Assembly: GCA_964016885.1 (NCBI GenBank)
Contig: OZ024742.1
Coordinates: 51,212,001 to 51,276,000 of the forward strand
DNA: 64,000 nucleotides
Source: Eledone cirrhosa
Taxonomy: Eukaryota
Reading direction: 5' to 3'
The notes beneath the pieces are model-generated. The model ran no database searches. It was not told the origin of the DNA and saw only the letters and a list, made by a program, of their open reading frames with translations. Of the stretch, positions 55,711-64,000 are shown piece by piece (position 1 is the first letter of the stretch; every line of letters starts with the position of its first letter). The translations under genes were made by a program, and so were the position numbers.

Positions 55711-56088
55711 CATATATATGTGTTTGTATGTATGTATATATATATGTATGTATTTGTTTATATGTATTGGTATATATGTATGCTTGTGCTTGTATATATG
55801 TTTTCGTGTATATGAGTATATATGTGTTTATATGTGTTTATATATTTACGTATATCTTTATTTGATGCGTGTATTGATTTCTTATTCCGTGCGTGTATAG
55901 GCCCGCGTATGTGAACGTATGTACGTGGGTTATGTACCTTTGAGATTTATTTTTCTAATTTATTGTAGTGTTTTTTGTATGTGTATGTGTGTATGTATGT
56001 ATGTTTGAATGTATGCGTGTATATATATAAATATATGTGTGTGTGTATGTGTGTGTATATGTATACATATATATATATGTGTGTGTGT

Positions 56089-56134
<46 letters not shown>

Positions 56135-56516
56135 ACATATGTATGTGTATATGTACGCATATATATTTTTTATATATATCTATAGACATATATACGTGTG
56201 TGTGTTTGCATGTGTGTATACGTATATATGCTTGTATATGTGTATATGTGTATATGTGTATGTATGTGTATATATATATATATATATATGTGTATATGCA
56301 TATCTTGTATATTTGTTTATACTTAAGTTGTTTTTTATTTATCCCCCCCCCCCGCCGGGCACTCACACATATCGTTGTCAACATGCCCCCCTCCCCCCCA
56401 AAAAAAACAACTTTTTTTACTTTATTTTGTTTTTGATTTTGATCTTTACTTTCTTATATATATATATATATATATATATTTTTGTATTTTTTGTTTTCAT
56501 TTATTTTTCTTATTTA

Positions 56517-56558
<42 letters not shown>

Positions 56559-56573
56559 TATATATATATATAT

Positions 56574-57020
56574 AGACTTTTGAGCCGGGGACGATAGATA
56601 GCTTCCACAAATCATTCGCTTGGCAGTGTTACCGAGGGGGTACTGCCGGTTTCAGATAAACTCTGCCGGCACGGAAGTGCTGTCAGACGGACATGTCTGT
56701 TCTGCACGCATTCGTTCTCCACCGACTCGTACAGTGTCCGTGCCATACTGACTTGTGGAGTTATGTCGAACAGCTGTTGTTGCGTGTAGAACGGATCCGG
56801 TTGAGTCCATAGTGAATATCGACCCACCGCCTCTTTTGGCCAGGAAGGGCAAACAATATTCCTTTGTCTGGAGGCAGTTGCGAAAGAGGTTGTATGGTGG
56901 ACCAGGTTGAAAGAACTGAAGACAAAGACTTTTCTCTTCGGCCAATCCCTCATCAACTTCTTCAAGTTTCACCTGGAAAGGAAGGTGAGGGTGGAGAGAG
57001 AAGTGCTGCCGCCAGTACAT
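56574..57020 (+). mobile_element. 3' fragment of Tx1-type ORF2
   Basis: Aligns with 62280-62730 (LAWQCYR..LPV.DKL, VWWTRLK, LINFFKFHL.RK.RVEREVL). Confidence 0.85.
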
Positions 57021-57112
57021 GTGCTAAAATACTGGCTAATTTGAGCAGGAGAGGGGTGCTCTCTCCGGCTGCCCTAGACGAGCAGGGTGGTTCAGGATTG
57101 GTGGGGTAACTG

Positions 57113-57290
57113 ATGGCGGTGAGTTGGCAGTATCGGTAGAGGGTTGGACGCCATGCTTTCTAGCATAGTTATGTCTCTTTACGGTCTGTGTAGAAATCCC
57201 GCAAGGTTAACTTTGCCTTTCATCCTTACGGGGTCGATAAAATAAAGTACCTGTAATGTACTGGGTAATTGCTGGCCAAAAGTAGAAACA

Positions 57291-57337
<47 letters not shown>
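57113..57337 (+). mobile_element. tRNA-type SINE with long (TTA)n tail
   Basis: Family core; tail at 57292-57336. Confidence 0.9.
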
Positions 57338-57338
<1 letters not shown>

Positions 57339-57340
57339 AT

Positions 57341-60300
57341 TGGCGACCTACGTAGGAAATTGTATTATCGTGAGCTCCGCCAAGGTTTCTTGTTTTCAGT
57401 TGTTTCAAATTGCCAGTTATGGAAAATGTTTGTTGTTAAGTGTTTATAAATTCACATATATTGCTTACTGAAAAGGACACTCAAAAAGATTGGGGCATTG
57501 AGCCCAAAATTTAAACTAATTTAAAATTTAAAATTTAAAACTTAAAATTTAAAATTTAAAATAATAAAAGTAACAATAACATCAACAGCAACAACAACAA
57601 ACACATCAACACCAGCACAAATGTGTCGTTTGCCAAAGCAGCCAAGAGAAGAGTAACAATCCAGGTAAGCCGGGATGAATTAAATGAAACCAAGAGAATG
57701 GTAAAAGAAGATCGGTACAGGGTTAGCCTCACCCTCCCACCTAATCAAATGGAGCATCGGCCCCTATGCACCGTGTCATATCGGACGATAAATTGAAAAC
57801 CACGCCGAATGGAAATAAATTGAAAACCACGCCGAATGGAACGGGCATCCGAGTCCCAAATACAAAAAGCTTTGGGTCATGTGTGGGCGAAAAAAACCCA
57901 CATCAGACGTGGGCAGAAATGTGGAACAGTGGACGTTTTCTCTGGAACAACACAGGAAACCAGAGAAAACTCCATGGCTCCATTAAGAAGCGACGACTTC
58001 ACACTCGTCCCAAGCTATTGTGGCCAGAGACTTGTGAAGATCAGGGAGACCGACGTTCCGCCGACCATCGAAATTCCCTGGCTAATGGCTGCCGAGCTCG
58101 CCGGCATCGAGGCCAACACCAAAATAATTGAAATAACAAAAGAAAAGCAGGAGAACTGGTCCGGATCCGGGATGGAGCTCCTGATCCAAGCGGACCAAAA
58201 AAGCATTGAGGAAATCTCAGAGGTGATAGACCACACTGAGGGCAGCCACCTCACCGTAATCGTTGAGAGTAGAAGGCCTAGGTGTGTCGTTTGGCAAAAC
58301 CAACACCACCACCACCCACCGCGCCAGAACTAGCACCAGCGGCTACACCATGCACCACGCCACAACTAATACCAACGCCTGTGGAGGATTTTCCACTCCC
58401 CAACCTATCGAAACTGGAGACAAATTATGACGACGAGGAATGGGAAACTGTATCAGGAAAAAATAAAAAATAAAAAATAAAAAATAAAAAATAAAAAATA
58501 AAAAATAAAAAATAAAAAATAAAAAATAAAAAATAAAAAATAAAAAATAAAAAATAAAAAATAAAAAATAAAAAATAAAAAATAAAAAATAAAAAATAAA
58601 AAATAAAAAATAAAAAATAAAAAATAAAAAATAAAAAATAAAAAATAAAAAATAAAAAATAAAAAATAAAAAATAAAAAATAAAAAATAAAAAATAAAAA
58701 ATAAAAAATAAAAAATAAAAAATAAAAAATAAAAAATAAAAAATAAAAATTAAAAAATAAAAAATAAAAAATAAAAAATAAAAAATAAAAAATAAAAAAT
58801 AAAAAATAAAAAATAAAAAATAAAAAATAAAAAAATAAAAATAAAACAGAAAAAGAACCCAAATAAGAAAAAATCCCTTCCTTTCCCTTCCAAAATCAAA
58901 ATACAAGGGGAAACAAGTAAACTAACAAACAAAAAAGTTAGGAAAGCTACACCACCATCCACACCAGCATCACCAACCCCATCACCACAAACACCAACAC
59001 CATCACCATCATTAGCCCCAACAACACCATCACCAACACCACAAAAGTCATCAAAAAGCGAAACAGAAACAAACCCACAACAAACGCAAACAAAACAAAA
59101 CAACCAAAATGATACACACCACACAGCATTAAATCTGAACAATAAACAATGATTACACTACATCCAACACAACACCAGCATCACAGAAAAAGACTACAAA
59201 ACGCCCCAAAAGTTCGCAGCACCTCCACACATACAAATCACTCGCATCACAGAGAAAACATACACGACAGTAAAACAAAGATTCCCCAAAGACATCGGAG
59301 ACTTCCGACAAGCACTCTCCAGGAGGATTTATGAGGACATACTTCCGGAGGAGGCCACAAGCAGTGAAAAGGATTGAAAAACAATCCTTCCTCTACGAGA
59401 AGTAAGGTAAGTGGTCTTTCCCATCTTTTCCACTCCTTTTCAACATGACCTCACTCAGATTATCAGCATAAGTGCAGGGCCACCTGCTCAACGACCTCGG
59501 GTCACTAAACATAGATGTAGTGGCCATCAGCGAGACCAGAATCTCCGAAGCATGGGCCTTCGCACCGATCATCGGCGGCTACGATGTGTACGCATCTCCC
59601 AGCCGTCCTGGATCGGGGAGAGGAGTTGCTGTGCTTTTTCGGAGAGGTTTGGATCTCGCCGTACGGGCCATCTTCCTGGACCCAAAAGGTAAGTTGGTGG
59701 TGGTGCTGGACGTGACCAGCGGAGACGGGCAAGCTTTCAGGCTAGTGGCCGTCTATGCCCCGACAGGAACAGGGCAGCCTGATTTCTTCCGGCGTCTGGA
59801 GATCTAACTTGGAACGTCCCGCTTTTTAGTGTTAGTGGGCGACTGGAACGGGATCTTAGATGCACGCTGGGACTGAGTGGAATTAGCGGATAGGGGAGGA
59901 GGGTCAAAGAACCTCACCAACCTGCTCAGGCGTTTTGAACTATCTGACAGGTATGGATTGGATTTCCCGAATGTGCCAATGTGGACTTGGACAAACCCAT
60001 CGGGTCAACCAGATGATATCTAGATAGAGTATTTTGTAGGGAAATAGATAGGTCTAGCATAGGATATCCACAATTCAAGATAGTCAGCTACACGTACCAC
60101 ACATTTGTGATCTGTGTGGTTAACTTAGATAGGCTTCATAGACAAGAACCCGGCTACTGGAAGATAAACGCGTCCATACCAGCGCGCAAGGCCTACAGGG
60201 ACCGGATTAGCGAACTAGTTAAACGGGCGTTGACGGGGGCCATCGTAAACAACAAGTGATGGTTTGCTCTGAAAAGAGCGATTAAAATAGAGTCCATTAG

Positions 60301-63091
60301 GTTTAGTAAAACAATAGAGAAAAATAGAGCAGACGGACAACTAGTTAGAAAATTAGACGAAGCGCTTAGCAAAGGCATCGCGACCGACGTACTTGCGGCG
60401 AAATTGGCCCTTGACCCATTCTTGAATGTAAAGCACGAAGACTGCGTTGTCAGAGCTAGGGTGAGTGCTCTCAGAAACGAGGGGGCGAAAGCCGTTCAAT
60501 TCTCTCGAGTGGCGGAGACGTGGCGTGTCAACAAATCCACGATCCGGTCTTTGGTGGACCAGGTCGGGTGTATGCTATTTCATCCCGGGCAAATGTCTGA
60601 AGCTTCTTCAGCGACACTTCGCTCAGCTGTTCAGGGGCAGCGGCGTGCCGGATAGAGGGATGCACTTTAGTGTCTACCTCGACGGACTGCCGCGGCTCTC
60701 GGCCACTGAGGCGAAGTGCCTATAACAGCCGCTGAAGGACGGGAGGCAATGACTGGCTGCAATAGGTGTAAATCGCCTGGTTTGGATGGTTTGGATGGTC
60801 TGCCCTATGAACTTTAAGTACAGATGCCAGACTTGTTCGGAGGCCTCTTGGCGGACGTATACTGCAAATGGCAACAGAACGGGAGAATTCCTAGCTCCGT
60901 GAGCCCATGAGCAGTGGCGCTGCTAAGAAAGGATCCGAACAAGGGGGATAACATATATAATTTCAGGCCCATAACTCTACTAAACACAGAGTTCAAGATT
61001 TTGGCCAAGGTGCTAGCAAAGATGTTGGCGCTTATCGTTGCTGGTCTGGTGGCAGAAACGCAGACATGCGCCATTCCCGACAGATCCATCTACGACATCC
61101 TCCACCTCATACGATACATCGTAGAGCTGGTAGCTAGGGAACCTGTCACGGGTTGGCCCTTGATTAATTTACATCAATCGAAAGCTTTCGATAGGACCGA
61201 CCATCGTTACATGCCGGCAGTCCTGAGCACGTCTGGCTCTGAGCCTGTCTTCAGGGGCTGGATCGCTGCCATGCATAGCGATATCTGCTTTGGTGAGAGT
61301 GAACGGTCACCTTTCGGAACCGTTCAACATCATGCGCTCGGTCCGCCAAGTATGTTCCCTCTCGTCCCTCTTGTACGTATTGGCTCTCGAGCCATTACTG
61401 CACAAACTGGCAATTCTGAGAGGGGTCCCGTGCGATCTAGGATGCGGAAAATCCGTGTCAGCATATGCGGACGATGTCACCGTAGTGGTGTCGAACGCCA
61501 AATAAATCGAGGCGATCGGCACTACACTAAGACAATACGAAGCGGTGACAGGAGCAATGATCAACCAGGAAAAGTCGGTGGACCTGCAGCTCGGCATCTG
61601 GATAGGCAGGTCCATGCCGTCCAATAGCGTTGTCGGACGCTGGATGGACCGGTTAAATTGCTAGGGATCTAGTTCGGTCCGGACCTCCAGATGGACAAAA
61701 ACTGGGACGAGGTGACGAGCAGGGTGGCTTCTCTCACCAAGAATGGGTGGAGAGGAAGCTATCCCTGAAAGTCGAGCGGAGGTGGCTAATGCGTACATCA
61801 CGTCCGTCATCTACTACCTCCTGACCGTCGTGCATTGTCCTAAGTCTCGCATGACTGCGCTGGAGCGTTTGCTCTTTCGCATTTTGTCGCTCCTATTGTC
61901 AGGCGGTCTATCTGCTGTCAACACCTGCTACGTGGAGGGCTGGGCTTGCCGTGGCTGATAATGCGCAGACACGCGCTCAGGCTACGACATCTCCACCTCT
62001 TCCTTGACGGTGATCAGGTGTGGTTGCCGTTTGCTAGATGCGTCTTTCTCCAGCTCGTCTTCTTGACGGAACTGCAGTCCTGGGTCAAGCGAAGACCGAG
62101 AGGGAGCGCTTGGAGACTGGAATGTCTTCGGGCGCTCCCAGCCCTCGACCAATCGGGCAATGTGATAGGTGGAAACTCCACCTTGGCGTTCTATAGAGGA
62201 TTAGTGGAGGGGAAGAGCGACGACGTACTTGGGGAAACTCTAGGCGTCGACGAAAATCAACTAGCCAATCTCTTCGGAAGAACTTTCGGACCGGGGCCTA
62301 TGGACAACCTCCAGAAATACCTGGCCTGGCAGTGCTACAGAAGAGCTTTGCCAGTTCGGGATAAACTCTACAGACATGGAGGTGCCGTCAGCCGGGCATG
62401 TCCGAGATGCGCGCAGGGCGACGAAATTGTCCTGCACACACTCGTCTAGTGTCCGAGCATTGCTGACTTGTGGGTTTATGTGGAACACCTGCTGTCGCAT
62501 GTAGGACGGATCCAGCCATCAGCTGAGTCCATCGTGAGGATTGCCCCGCCCTCTTGATTTAGCCGGGAAGGGCAGGCAGTTTTTATCTGTCTGGTGGCCA
62601 TGGCGAAAGACATAGTATGGTGGACACGTTTGAAAGGGCTGAAGACGAGTATTTACCACTTCGGTGATGCCCTGATTAACTTTTTCAAATTTCATTTGAA
62701 AAGGAAAATCAGGGTAGAGAGGGAAGTGCTCTCTTCCCAGCTTTTTGTTGAAAGATGGATGAGAGAGCCAAGAATGGCCCGAGTGAATGGACCTACTCTG
62801 AGTATGTATCTGTAAATTAAAGGTGGAAAACGGGGAGAGGGCACTTGCCCTGGTGGTCAGGGTCAAGTGGCTTTTGAATGTGCTTTCTCCACGAATGTCC
62901 CTCGGAAGCCCCCCCCCCCCCCTATTGGGAATTTTTTCATTGTTTTATTATTACATCCTCTGTTTTTTGTTTTTTTTACACGCAGAAAGGCCCTTTTTTA
63001 CCATCCTGTATTGTCCTGTAATGTCCTTAATGTCTACTTTGTGTAAACCCTTGTCGTTCATAAACAAAGCATTATTATTATTATTATTATT
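57341..63091 (+). mobile_element. Full-length decayed Tx1/L1-group LINE (ORF1 + APE-RT-zinc finger ORF2) with (ATT)n tail
   Basis: ORF1 SFAKAAK, EEWETV. ORF2 DVVAISET, VYAP, GDWN, GYWK.N, NFRPITLLN.EFKILAK, SKAFDR, VRQ.CSLS.LLY.LALEP, AYADD, LPVRDKL..CPRC....E...H. Stop near 62815. Confidence 0.92.
58458..58845 (+). repeat. (AAAAATA)n heptamer array, about 55 units, inside Tx1 ORF1
   Basis: Direct reading; nearly perfect array. Confidence 0.97.
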
Positions 63092-64000
63092 GGTTAAGCG
63101 GACGTACTTTTCTCGCTCCTAGTAAGTCGCTTTATTTGCCTGTTAAAATTATCTGTTGTTAAAAAATTATTTGTTTGGCCTTTAGGCCCAAATATTTGAA
63201 TTTTTATTTCATGTTAAAACATTTTTACGGAGAAAAAAACATGGCTGAGCCCCAAAGCGATATGTCTTCTGTCGTGCGACAACGACGTGGAAGTTGAGAG
63301 GAGCGCTACAGCGAAATTAACATAAATTGATAACACAAACACCACCACAAAGAATGTAAACAAAGACACCAATGATTCCAATGAGAACTCTAATTTTGAA
63401 AAAAATGACAGTAACAGCGACAACGAAAATACAGATAACAAAAAAAAATAACAAATACAACAACAATATCAACACCACTAACATGAAAACAAATAGCGAC
63501 AACACCAACAGCAACAATACCAACTGCACCGAGAACAACGGTGGCAACAAAGGCAACAATGATAACAGCGACAGTGCTAACAACACCAACAAGAACGACG
63601 ACGACCACAACACCCCCAACGAAAACAAGAACACTTTCGCTGATGCAGCAGCAAAAAAGAGGCCATGCTTCAACATGGACCTCTCAAACAAAGATGAAAA
63701 GTTGGCCCAGGCATGGAAGCTTATCAAGCAAGATCCAACCTGGGCAACTTAACTGTCCCGGTAGAAGCTATTGCGGCAGTGGAGCGCAGAACGGTGCATT
63801 ATAGATGCATCTCAGCACAAACCAAAAGGGCAGTTTTTATCCCACAAGAATCTGTCGAAGTCGCGCTGAGGTGCATCAGAGAAGACACCGAATACATAGA
63901 GACGCGCAGACAGTACGGCACCATTTCGGTGTTGTTCAAGTCAGAAGCCCTCGCTATGAAACACGCTATGACTCCTTGCAAAACCAGCAAGGTCATAATG
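63092..64000 (+). mobile_element. 5' end and ORF1 of a second, diverged Tx1-type LINE (runs off the window)
   Basis: Starts directly after the (ATT)n tail. Asn/Thr-rich stretch then TFADAAAKKR, paralleling SFAKAAKRR at ~57626. Confidence 0.65.

Noticed and set aside
58343-59142. Hydrophobic 'membrane protein' ORFs (FFIFYFL repeats)
   Set aside because: Antisense reading of the (AAAAATA)n array.

Overview
This is AT-rich, microsatellite-dense animal genomic DNA. The SINE family resembles those I recall from octopus/cephalopod genomes; that assignment is an inference and was not checked. There is no intact host gene that I can name, and most ORFs in the track are translations of (TA)n/(CA)n/(GA)n repeats. 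The window is dominated by retroelements: four Penelope-like elements (PLEs; RT + GIY-YIG), a near full-length RTE-group LINE plus a twin-primed copy of it, a second decayed RTE LINE, an R4/Dong-type RLE LINE, three CRE-type fragments, two tandem Tx1/L1-group LINEs and seven copies of a tRNA-type SINE. One hAT (Charlie/Buster-type) DNA element is present and its empty site is visible elsewhere in the window. The most notable signal is a population of hammerhead-ribozyme (HHR)-bearing elements, most of them inserted in (TA)n tracts, repeatedly built as head-to-head fold-backs with both 3' ends pointing outward. These range from 80-bp hairpins to 3.8-kb elements. One non-coding 633-bp unit has a well-formed HHR and a 60-bp terminal redundancy (retrozyme-like). 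A plausible minus-strand Pol II promoter with first exon (~38.4-38.6 kb) and several candidate minus-strand exons suggest an unidentified host transcript.
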